Below, piece by piece: positions 1-7,975 of a stretch of DNA of 32,000 bases (position 1 is the stretch's first letter; each line of letters starts with the position of its first letter). The stretch spans positions 1,590,001 to 1,622,000 of the forward strand of contig NC_014537.1 in the NCBI RefSeq assembly GCF_000148385.1, written 5' to 3'. Under the pieces are notes generated by a model, which was given only the letters and a program-made list of their open reading frames with translations, made no database searches and was not told the DNA's origin. Both the position numbers and the translations under genes were made by a program. This stretch comes from Vulcanisaeta distributa DSM 14429. GTDB taxonomy: Archaea > Thermoproteota > Thermoprotei > Thermoproteales > Thermocladiaceae.

Positions 1-1056
1 AGTGTAAATAATGTTGTAAAGACCATTACCAATGTGTAGGTGTACCACGGCTGAGCCAACCTCATGCCCGCCATCAAATAGCATGAGCTTTGTGTCCGGG
101 GATATGTCCGTTGGGTGGTCGGCGTAGTTTAGGGTTATCGTGTGGTAGAGGGCCTGGGCAAGGTCCTGCCTGCTGTAGGGTGGTACCCTACCCTCGGACT
201 CCGCCTGCTCAATATAGTCAGTGAGTAGTACCTCCATTAAGTACTTAGTGGGCTCCGTCATGTAGACCGGGCCCTTATAACCATACTTGAATAGGTACGG
301 TACATAGCCAATGTGATCCATGTGCGCGTGGGTTATCACCACGGCATCCAGGGTATCTAGGTCCACCTCATCAAGCAGTGGCGCCTCATCGCCTGAGCTC
401 GAAGGCTTAACACCGCAGTCAAGTAGTATTGAGCTCTCCTTCGTCCTAACGAGTATGGCGCTCCTACCAACCTCCATCTGAGCGCCCAGCCCTGTAACGG
501 TTATCCTAGCGTCCTTATACACGGGCTCCCTATGAATCCTCATTCCAAGCCTCCTAAGGAACTCAAGCCTATCCTTGGCTGTGGCTATTTGTATCTGCTT
601 AACGGCATCTATGTCCGACCTGGGCAATCCAGCGCCCATCTCCAGCGCCGTGGGTATTATCCAGGGCTTCCAACCAGTCTCAGCCAATATCTCCTTCTCC
701 AACTTACTCCTCTCCCTAACGGGCCTCTTCAAATAAACATACACCTCACCAGTTGGTTCATCAACCACTATGTCATCGATTATATTCGAGCCAACACTCT
801 TCGTAACCATGTCTGTAATGACCCTCTTCAACTTATCAACCTCCTTAATCCTAACCTTCGGATCACCCCTAATGATTATGTACTTCTTCAACTCCTTAGC
901 GAGGGTCTTTATATACTCGCTATGCTCCATCACGTACCTTGGGTTCATCACGTAAATGATTACGTTGGGGCCCTCAAAGTCCACCCTAGAAAACTTGGCT
1001 TCGGGCGGTAGGATCTCCATAATCTTCTTCTCCATCTCCTCCTTCAAGGATGCCAT
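1..1056 (-). CDS. archaeal CPSF1-type beta-CASP ribonuclease (KH domains + metallo-beta-lactamase), first 352 codons; the 3' end runs off the left edge
   Basis: Hand translation of the minus strand from ATG at 1056 gives MASLKEEMEKKIMEILPPEAKFSRVDFEGPNV (N-terminal KH-like region). It continues to DAVVITHAHMDHIG (HxHxDH metallo-beta-lactamase motif) and ends GSAVVHLHIGNGLYNIIYT at position 1. The ORF is open over all 1056 nt and is missing from the ORF track because it is truncated by the window. Confidence 0.85.
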   Translation of the reverse strand, partial: MASLKEEMEKKIMEILPPEAKFSRVDFEGPNVIIYVMNPRYVMEHSEYIKTLAKELKKYIIIRGDPKVRIKEVDKLKRVITDMVTKSVGSNIIDDIVVDEPTGEVYVYLKRPVRERSKLEKEILAETGWKPWIIPTALEMGAGLPRSDIDAVKQIQIATAKDRLEFLRRLGMRIHREPVYKDARITVTGLGAQMEVGRSAILVRTKESSILLDCGVKPSSSGDEAPLLDEVDLDTLDAVVITHAHMDHIGYVPYLFKYGYKGPVYMTEPTKYLMEVLLTDYIEQAESEGRVPPYSRQDLAQALYHTITLNYADHPTDISPDTKLMLFDGGHEVGSAVVHLHIGNGLYNIIYT

Positions 1057-1487
1057 ACTCAAAACCTCAAGAACTGAGGAACGAATACCGCAGGCACTTA
1101 AAAAATTATCTCTAAAGGAGCATGGGAAATAACAAGTAGCGCGTTTCAAAAATCCGATAACGAAAACCTAATAAGACAGCAGGCAACGTAAAGAGTACAT
1201 ACAAGACGGGTAGATGCTAGGGCTGATGGTGAGACTGTCTCAACATATTTGCTGAGGTTATGATATTCATTAGGGGTGCGAGCGATAAACTAATGTGTGA
1301 AATTATCCGTTGGACCTATTGTTGATATATTTTTATTCTTTTCATGATATATCGCATATTATTTTGTTTTCCTGGGTTTGTGTTTTGTTCTTTGTTTTAT
1401 TGTTTTTCAATTATATACTTAATTAAATTTAGCACTAGATCGATAGTGATTTATTAGTCTTACTGGGGATTAGCTTATGGATGTTTC

Positions 1488-3005
1488 ATGGCTCTTGAGA
1501 TTGCTAAGCCATTGAGGGTTTGTTGGGGCGTTAAGGTTAAGGGCTCAAAGAGAATTGTGTGCGGTGAGACTGTCAATGATCCAAGGATAATTGAGGAGAC
1601 CATGAAATTGATAGGCGAGTTCTTAACCCGAGTCGAGAAGCACAAAAGTGTACTATTAAGTGGTTTAGCGACGCCGTTTGACGACGTAATCAATGACTTA
1701 AGTAATTGGTTATGGTCGATTAGGGAGAAAATCAAGGGAGGCAATGATGAAAATATCGCAAAGCTAAGGATGGCAATGCTCAAGGTAAGCGAGAAAATGT
1801 TAATGCTCGTGAGGCAAGCTAAGGAAAATTGGCTAAGCATATTCAAACCAGAGCTCGAGGAACTAATCGAGGAGCTAAGGAAGGGAAAAGTTGAGGTAAT
1901 AATAACGGGAGAGCCGTTTAATGAGGATAAGAGCTTCATGGTGCATCTATACACAGGACACCTGGCGATTGGGGTGAGTAGGGTTAGGCGAAGTGTGACT
2001 GTAGTAATAACATTGACTGGTCTTAGGGGCGTACGCATAATAATGCCCAAGCTCTTCAATGACGTAAAACTAAGGGCGATGAGGTACGGCCTATTACTGA
2101 CGGACGGGGCAATAAATAAAGCTGGTAACCCAGAGATGAATACAAACCAAATTTGGCAGACTGTTATATGGTTAATGGCATGGCCTGGGAGGAATCACGT
2201 GCTCGTGCATGGCGTGAACCTCAATGAAGATAATGTAGCTATTGTGTGGATTTTAACGGCGATGGACCATAGGGTTAAAAGCAAGGCTAAGGTCGCTAAA
2301 GAGGTCCATAAGTTTGATGATGAGGTGTTCCTAACGTTCCTATTGACTGCAGTTCTCGGGGATGGTGCTGTTGATGTTAAGGGAAAGAGGGTTAGGCTTA
2401 TGATTGGTAATTCGAAGTACGGGTTATGGAGGGATATTATTAGGAGAATGAAGAACCTTGGCTTTAGGGATTACGATAGTGAGTACAAGAAAGAAATCTA
2501 TATCTATTACTCAAAGGCTGTTGGGCTCGCTAAGAGGTGGCTTAGTGATGTGTTGATTAGGGCTTTGATTGAGGACTTAAGTTCGTTATCTGATGCCGAG
2601 AAGCTTAAGCGGTTATTAGTACTGGTGGACATGAAGATTAAGTCAAGAGGTAAGTCGTCAATTAAGGTCATCGCTGATGTAAGGATGTCCGTAAGTGTGA
2701 GCTATAACGGTTATGTAACGCTTAAGGCTTGGCGTAGCAAATTTGAGAATGCTAAGACGATTCAGGAAGCCCTAAGAAGGGCTGGATTTAATGCTGAGCT
2801 ATCCCAGCGAGGTAATGGGTTTATGGTTTACATAATCAAGGATGAAATCATAAAGCATCCAGAGCTCTTGACTAGAGTTTGTGAGGTATTGAAGGAAATG
2901 CTTGATGAGGCAGTGAGCGAGGGTAAGACGAGGAGGGCGAAGGCAATAATTAAGGCAATGATAAAACTAAACTGCCAAAACGCCGCTCAGAGCCCACGGG
3001 CCTGA
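1488..3005 (+). CDS. hypothetical protein with two LAGLIDADG-like motifs (possible degenerate or free-standing homing-endonuclease-like fold) and helical N- and C-terminal regions
   Basis: 505-aa ORF. The motifs MRYGLLLTDGAINKAG and FLLTAVLGDGAVDVKGKRVRLMIGNSKYGLWRDIIRRMKNLGF lie about 90 aa apart, the spacing of double-motif LAGLIDADG enzymes. The second motif is followed by the usual beta-strand and an S-x-x-L...L..LGF helix. The gene is preceded by a strongly A+T-rich spacer (1290-1480). Confidence 0.45.
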   Translation: MALEIAKPLRVCWGVKVKGSKRIVCGETVNDPRIIEETMKLIGEFLTRVEKHKSVLLSGLATPFDDVINDLSNWLWSIREKIKGGNDENIAKLRMAMLKVSEKMLMLVRQAKENWLSIFKPELEELIEELRKGKVEVIITGEPFNEDKSFMVHLYTGHLAIGVSRVRRSVTVVITLTGLRGVRIIMPKLFNDVKLRAMRYGLLLTDGAINKAGNPEMNTNQIWQTVIWLMAWPGRNHVLVHGVNLNEDNVAIVWILTAMDHRVKSKAKVAKEVHKFDDEVFLTFLLTAVLGDGAVDVKGKRVRLMIGNSKYGLWRDIIRRMKNLGFRDYDSEYKKEIYIYYSKAVGLAKRWLSDVLIRALIEDLSSLSDAEKLKRLLVLVDMKIKSRGKSSIKVIADVRMSVSVSYNGYVTLKAWRSKFENAKTIQEALRRAGFNAELSQRGNGFMVYIIKDEIIKHPELLTRVCEVLKEMLDEAVSEGKTRRAKAIIKAMIKLNCQNAAQSPRA

Positions 3006-3160
3006 ACAAAACACTAGATTAACCCTGCATTAGTTAAAACCTACTAAAAAGAACCGGCATTAATCTGTGGAATTGCTTAACAACCACACTATATGCTTTA
3101 AGTTTAATAGCATCTGGCTTAGCCTTTGAGGCATCAACGAGGGTATCCTTCGACGCATCG

Positions 3161-3436
3161 GTGATCTATTACGGCAGAAATCCGAAGAACATAAATGATA
3201 TTGCTAAGATCAAGGGGGCAATACTGGCTATTTACGCCAGTGAGGACCCGGCCATAAACCAGGGAATACCGGACTTAATAAAGGCCGTACTCACCCACAA
3301 GCCTAGGTTTGAGATGGCCTTCTACCCAGGCACGTACCACGCCTTCGCCACGGAGGGCGGGCCCGCATACAATGAGGTGGCTGCGAAAGATGCCTGGGAG
3401 AGGACGGTTAATTTCTTCAGGAAGTACCTGGGTTGA
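3161..3436 (+). pseudogene. C-terminal fragment of a dienelactone hydrolase family protein (N-terminal half, including the nucleophile region, is missing)
   Basis: The 91-aa ORF reads ILAIYASEDPAINQGIPDLIKAV...FYPGTYHAFATEGGPAYNEVAAKDAWERTVNFFRKYLG, the typical DLH C-terminus with the catalytic His context (HAF). The frame is open back only to 3023 with no plausible full-length N-terminus. DLH proteins are normally about 230-290 aa. Confidence 0.5.
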
Positions 3437-3782
3437 TGAACATGGGCGGTGAGGAGAAGCAGAAATGGACGGGGAGCACGGTGACTGACTGCTTCCTAAC
3501 GTGGGTAGAAATACTAGAGCAGGCGGAGAAGAAGGAGAAGCGCAAGGACAGAGACGGAAATACCACCCACAAGCAATAAAACCCTTCTTAATGCATTGCC
3601 CATGTTCACGCTCACCACCTCTATAACTAATCTTACTCAACCCTTCAGTAATCCCACAATACATACCCACACTAAGCGTTAATACACACTAACAATTAAT
3701 GAGCCATCCTCATTACTATCACTAAACAACTCGCCATAAGGAATAAGTCAGCACTCACGTAAAGCAAGCCCATCAGTAAAAA

Positions 3783-3790
3783 CTTAAAAA
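3783..3790 (+). promoter_or_regulatory. putative TATA box for the tRNA gene
   Basis: CTTAAAAA within an A-rich stretch is centred about 26-27 nt upstream of the tRNA 5' end at 3813, the usual archaeal TATA-to-start spacing. Confidence 0.35.
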
Positions 3791-3812
3791 CTACATTAAA
3801 TCAATGAGGAAT

Positions 3813-3953
3813 GGGGCCGTAGTCTAGCCTGGCTAGGATATGCAGACACTGCACCTAAAGCTCGGCTTGGGCAGCCACCGCAGGCTACAACAAAAGAGCC
3901 TGCGGGCTTGGGAGCCCGAGTGATCCCGGGTTCAAATCCCGGCGGCCCCACCA
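3813..3953 (+). tRNA. tRNA-Pro (anticodon UGG) with two introns (~20 nt near position 26/27 and ~43 nt at canonical 37/38) and an encoded CCA
   Basis: Acceptor stem GGGGCCG/CGGCCCC. D arm GTCT-AGCCTGGCTA-GGAT. T arm CCGGG-TTCAAAT-CCCGG. Discriminator A followed by CCA. Anticodon stem CTCGG/CCGAG with loop CTTGGG|C. The gene is 138 nt before CCA versus 75 nt for the mature tRNA, leaving 63 nt of intron. The second intron forms a hairpin CGCAGGCT...AGCCTGCG. Exact splice points are approximate. Confidence 0.7.
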
Positions 3954-3994
3954 CGGAATATTCACCCAGCGAATAATTCTTCAATCTTCTTTAA

Positions 3995-4319
3995 TTACTT
4001 CGTTACTAGGTCCACCTCCAACCTGAGACCCTCCAGTGAGCATGCACTGAGAACTTCTACGTTATTTTCTTCGGCAAATGCTACGATTGTTGTTATTCTC
4101 TCACCCATGCGCTCAATTATTGTCTCGCCAATGTCTCTCTCGATTACCCTGTCCTCGATCGTCCTGAACCCCACTTAGTCATCGGTTCAATACCCAATTC
4201 CCTGAGTCTTGAGGCCTTAATCCACATGTAGATACTGCCCGTGTCAACGAGCAATTCAAGTTCTAGGCATTTCCCGTATCCTGCGAGTTGCAGAGCCTGA
4301 CTTTAGCTGTTACGTGCAT
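3995..4319 (-). pseudogene. decayed retropepsin-like (clan AA) aspartic protease paralog with two frameshifts
   Basis: Hand translation of the minus strand gives three segments: MHVTAKVRLCNSQDTGNA(stop), then frame 2 ELELLVDTGSIYMWIKASRLRELGIEPMTKW, then frame 3 FRTIEDRVIERDIGETIIERMGERITTIVAFAEENNVEVLSACSLEGLRLEVDLVTK. These are colinear with the intact neighbour at 4356-4745, including the D-T/I-G-S active-site motif. Confidence 0.7.
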
Positions 4320-4355
4320 ATTGAGTGTTAATGTCGTTAGGAAGTTAAAAGGACT

Positions 4356-4745
4356 TTAATGATTAAGTAAGGCGTTGATCAACGTAACCATTAGCAACGC
4401 CTCAGTGGGCCTTAGTCTCTTCTCGATGGGGTCTGGGGCGAGGCCGAGTTGCTCCATGGTTACTGAACCAAGTAGGTAGATACCCTCATCACCGAAGATG
4501 ACCGGCGTCGCTGACGCTGCGAATCCCTCAACCTCAATGCCCACCTCACCCAACGGCCTTTCAACAATCCTACCGTCAGCTAGCCTAAGCCTAACGGTCC
4601 TAATGGGCTTGATGCCTAATTCCTCGAGTACCCTGCTGGGTATCACGGTGTATGTTGAGCCTATATCCACGAGTAGATCTACCGTGGCTGACCTGGCGGG
4701 CTCCCTGACGTTCCAAATGCGCGCCTTAACGCTGAATACACCCAT
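4356..4745 (-). CDS. retropepsin-like (clan AA) aspartic protease, small single-domain archaeal type
   Basis: The ORF contains LLVDIGSTYTVIP (D-[TS/I]-G-[AS] active-site loop) and the C-terminal IYLLGSVTMEQLGL. The likely ATG start is at 4745 (MGVFSVKARIWN, colinear with the pseudogene N-terminus). The ORF track extends to a GTG at 4760. Confidence 0.65.
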   Translation of the reverse strand: MGVFSVKARIWNVREPARSATVDLLVDIGSTYTVIPSRVLEELGIKPIRTVRLRLADGRIVERPLGEVGIEVEGFAASATPVIFGDEGIYLLGSVTMEQLGLAPDPIEKRLRPTEALLMVTLINALLNH

Positions 4746-4804
4746 GGCTGGTTTAATCACTTGCTATCTTATCCTTAAAAAATTAATTTAATTGCCTATG
4801 ATCC

Positions 4805-5900
4805 TCAGGTCCTGAATGCCGCGCCTATCAATGGTTCAGCTGGGCAATACTTATTGCCCACCTTGATTATCCAGGCCGAGTCAAGCAATTGCCTTAGGTA
4901 CTCGCTTATCCTTGAGTCGCTAACCTCCATGCCGAGCACCGCCTCGAGCCCGTTCTTGATCTCGCTCCAACCCGCGCATTCCCTCGCCACAATCCTCATT
5001 ATTGCCAGGTACCTATCCTTCGCTGCCACCTTATCGGTTAGGAAGTTATGGAATTCCTGCCTTATCAACGCTGTTGCGTAACTCATGGTCTCATTAATCG
5101 CCTTATCCAGGTCTCTATATTCGTAGTACCTAAGGCCAAAGTACGTGAGCCAGCCTGGGATACCACCGAGCTTCTTATACACAGCATCGAAATCCCTAAA
5201 CTCAATACCCAACTCCTCGAAACCCCGCCTCAGAAATTCAGCCACCTGATCCCTGGTGAAGGGCGATAACTCCACAATGCCCATTGCCCTGCCGAAGAGT
5301 GGTGATTCAGGGTCCCTAATCCTAAGGAACCTGTAAAGGAGCCCCATTTTTGAGCTGCTTATTATGAACCTAACCCTCCTCAGGTTGTCATATGCGTAGG
5401 CGAGGACTGGCAATACGTTGAAGCCCCTCGCTTTAACGAGCTCCTGAGCCTCGTCAAGGACAATGACTACGCCGTTACTAGCCCAATCATTTAGGGCTTC
5501 GAGTAATGAGGAGAGGGAAGCCCTGTTACTGCCCTTCCAGGAGAAGAGTACTTGATTGCCCATGATGTTAACGCCACTTATGTTCCTAAGGAAGTCGAGT
5601 AACCCAGGAAACCTACTGGTGAGGTTGTTAACCTCACGTTGAAGCTCAAGGATGAAGTCCCTATATGACCAGGTATTGCCTCTCCTCAAATTTCCTTAGG
5701 TCAATGTATATCGATGGGAGGCCCAACTCCCTAATGGCCACGAGTATTAAGGAGGACTTACCGACCCTACGAAAGCCGAGGACTAGGGTAATGGGTAAAC
5801 CCAACCTACCGACATACTCAACGACCCTGCCAAGCTCAACCTCCCTATCAAAGAGGTCAGACCTGGTGTCCTTCGGCCGTAAATCAAAGAGCACTTCCAC
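4805..5900 (-). pseudogene. archaeal ATPase (Arch_ATPase/AAA family, PF01637-like) interrupted by a frameshift at about 5661-5689
   Basis: The 79-aa ORF (5661-5900) carries the N-terminus and Walker A (LGFRRVGKSSL). The 294-aa ORF (4805-5689) carries the rest (VIVLDEAQEL Walker B and a C-terminal wHTH-like region). The two overlap by 29 nt in frames offset by 1 nt. Confidence 0.6.
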
Positions 5901-6237
5901 CCCCAGAAGTTAATAAAGTCATCTTGGTAAATACATAATCATATCCATGCATTGAGTCGCCACAGCACATTGTTTAATTATGCATTAAAGCATGAATAGA
6001 AATAAGATAATGAAGGTTATGCAATAATAATACTGGAATTAAGGTCTATACTATCCTTCATAATAACTTAATAATAACTAGTGAATTATAAAATGAATGA
6101 TTTAAGGTTCATTACCATACCAAGCATTTACCAGTGAGTTAAAGGCTTCGGGGCCTATGATGATCGCAGATAGAATAGGCATGCCAGTACCCGAGACCGT
6201 GATTAAGTCCAGAAGATTAAAGGTGAAGGTTATTAAG

Positions 6238-6606
6238 TCATGTTCTCCTTGAACCCCTGGATCTTTTACCTCTGCCCTGGCTCTTAGGCGTCTCCTCGGT
6301 CTTTCTATCCCTATTCATCGTGAGGTAATTACTTATTATTTCATAAGCGACCTTAGGATCAACAACACCCACCAATCTCCTAGCTAGCTCGGTCTCGCCC
6401 ATGTACTCAAGCCACTGAACAACATGTCCCTCCCTCAAGTGATATTCAAGGGCCTTAGGATCAACATTAAGAAGCCTCTCAAACTCGCTCCTCAACTCAT
6501 TAACGTCGTGAGCCACGCCAATGACCCTATCAAAGGATTTGAAGTAAAATGGCTCCTTACCAAGGGACTCGCCACCCCTCAATCCAGTATTGACACCCAT
6601 TAGCAT
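6238..6606 (-). CDS. hypothetical protein with a basic C-terminal tail
   Basis: 122-aa ORF with TATA-like TTTATATA about 15-25 nt upstream (6619-6628). No motif could be assigned with confidence. Confidence 0.4.
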   Translation of the reverse strand: MLMGVNTGLRGGESLGKEPFYFKSFDRVIGVAHDVNELRSEFERLLNVDPKALEYHLREGHVVQWLEYMGETELARRLVGVVDPKVAYEIISNYLTMNRDRKTEETPKSQGRGKRSRGSRRT

Positions 6607-6708
6607 TGGCTACAACCCGGCTATATAAATGTTGCCTTTTCACGTTCAATCACTCATTAAGTACACCGTTAACCCAATGAGCAGTGCATGAGGAGACTTA
6701 ATGCCAGT

Positions 6709-7218
6709 TCACTCCTCGTCTGGGTCCCTATACTCAATGTATATATCGTCGGGTCCATTAACAACAACCCTGAAGTAATCACTACCAACCCTCAACCTAC
6801 CACCATCCCTATACACGTAAGTCACCTCAACATGCAAATCACCAACAACATCAATGAAACCCCTCCTAAGAACCTCACGCAGAATATCCTCAAAGGAAGC
6901 ATCACCACCCACCCTAAAGACCATAGGCGGTATGTCCAGACCAACATCGTAAATCACGAGGCAGGGATCACGAAACATAGTGCCCTCCCTACACTCAATG
7001 CCAAACTCCCTAACAATCCTAACAGCCAACCTACGGGCAAACCTACCAATGTTCAAAACAACACCACGATAATTACGGTAAGCACCAAGGTAATCAACAT
7101 ACAAAACCCTCAACAAACTCAACAAAGCCCCAGCCTGCCTCCTACCAATCGGAGCATCAATAATAAAATCACCAAAGGCAACAACAAACCTCGACTTACC
7201 CATCAAGGAATTAAACAC
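6709..7218 (-). CDS. hypothetical protein
   Basis: 169-aa ORF with non-repetitive, globular-looking composition. The opposite-strand 180-aa ORF is low-complexity (N/T/P/Q-rich) and is taken as spurious. No family was recognised. Confidence 0.4.
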   Translation of the reverse strand: MFNSLMGKSRFVVAFGDFIIDAPIGRRQAGALLSLLRVLYVDYLGAYRNYRGVVLNIGRFARRLAVRIVREFGIECREGTMFRDPCLVIYDVGLDIPPMVFRVGGDASFEDILREVLRRGFIDVVGDLHVEVTYVYRDGGRLRVGSDYFRVVVNGPDDIYIEYRDPDEE

Positions 7219-7341
7219 AACCAGGTATAAAAATTAATTCCACCCCACCAATTACAGCGGTTAAGTGTGAGTGTATAAAGATCGAGCAAAGGAATTGAGA
7301 GATTAAATTCAATACCACTTAGTAGGCATTGCGATCGATTT

Positions 7342-7566
7342 TCAAAATATGGAGTATCGATGTAAAATGACGACAATAGGTTCAGTCAACGGGTGTATCC
7401 TCGAAAAATCAAGCTTTACAAGATCCTGGGCAGTGGATGAAGGCGTAACCTGCCCATTAGAAGTCTCCCTAACCTCAACAACATCCCCATCCTTAACGGT
7501 TAAGAGAGGGCTCAGGGAATTATCCCACTTACTATGGGTTACTGCATGTATTGTATAAATAGCCAT
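7342..7566 (-). pseudogene. N-terminal fragment of an acetamidase/formamidase family protein
   Basis: The 74-aa ORF reads HAVTHSKWDNSLSPLLTVKDGDVVEVRETSNGQVTPSSTAQDLVKLDFSRIHPLTEPIVV. This matches the FmdA/AmdA N-terminal pattern (H..WD...P...V..GD.V.....D...GQ......D....D....HPLTGP). Similarity stops abruptly there, followed by a stop. Full-length proteins are about 300-400 aa. Confidence 0.55.
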
Positions 7567-7636
7567 AGCGACCTAGGCATTCTTAATATACTTCTTAATA
7601 TATAGAGTATAAAGTTAATGGTAAAGAAAATAGCTA

Positions 7637-7975
7637 TTGATTAAGATTCAGTATTACAATCTTTTTGAAACTTGTTTTCAATCTCTAAGTTTCACGGCTA
7701 CCGAAATTGCGGCTTTAGTTACGTTAAGCGGTGCTGCGGCCTTTGCATATGGTTCGGCGCCTCTTTCAGTCGTTCTTGCAGCACTCGGTGTTGCGTCTGC
7801 GGCGTATGCGGTTTATGAGTTCTCGCTTAAGGTAGCATCGAGTGGTGGATATTATAGATATATCGAGAGGGGTTTTCATCCTAAAATTAGTGCTTAGGGC
7901 GGCTGGTTATACGTATTATATGCAGGTATTAACGCGATACTATATCTGGAAACCGTCCTTACTATTCAGTTATGA
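7637..7975 (+). pseudogene. fragment of an APC-family amino acid permease with an in-frame stop, truncated at the McrC-like gene
   Basis: The hydrophobic segment AALVTLSGAAAFAYGSAPLSVVLAALGVASAAYAVYEFSLKVASSGGYYRYIERGFHPKISA matches the first TM helices and the SGG.Y.Y motif region of APC permeases. An in-frame TAG lies at 7895-7897, then [25 protein letters not shown], ending at 7975. Only about 100 of the expected ~450 codons are present. Confidence 0.45.

Noticed and set aside
1105-1120. CRISPR-repeat-like string ATTATCTCTAAAGGAG (10-nt exact match ATCTCTAAAG to the transcribed repeat) upstream of the aCPSF1 gene
   Set aside because: A 10-nt match is about what chance predicts in a 32-kb window scanned on both strands. 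The rest of the repeat is not conserved and there is no adjacent spacer or repeat.
3433-3488. Possible C/D box sRNA (TTGATGA at 3433-3439 ... CTGA at 3485-3488, about 56 nt)
   Set aside because: The internal D' and C' boxes are poor (GTGA, ATGGA) and no terminal stem is formed by the flanks. The box matches are short enough to occur by chance.
3436-3579. 47-codon ORF (MNMGGEEKQKWTGSTVTDCFLTWVEILEQAEKKEKRKDRDGNTTHKQ) starting in an ATGA overlap with the DLH fragment stop
   Set aside because: It is too short and unsupported to call. It follows a pseudogene, so translational coupling is not meaningful. It might still be a small protein, so it is recorded only.
3275-3670. 131-aa minus-strand ORF overlapping the DLH fragment
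   Set aside because: It is antisense to a recognisable protein-coding fragment and is S/P/C/G-rich with no motifs. It is probably spurious.
3796-3984. 62-aa minus-strand ORF
   Set aside because: It lies entirely antisense over the tRNA-Pro gene.
6688-7230. 180-aa plus-strand ORF antisense to the 169-aa hypothetical gene
   Set aside because: It has a highly biased N/T/P/Q-rich low-complexity translation, typical of the antisense of a G/T-rich coding strand. The minus-strand ORF looks like a real globular protein.
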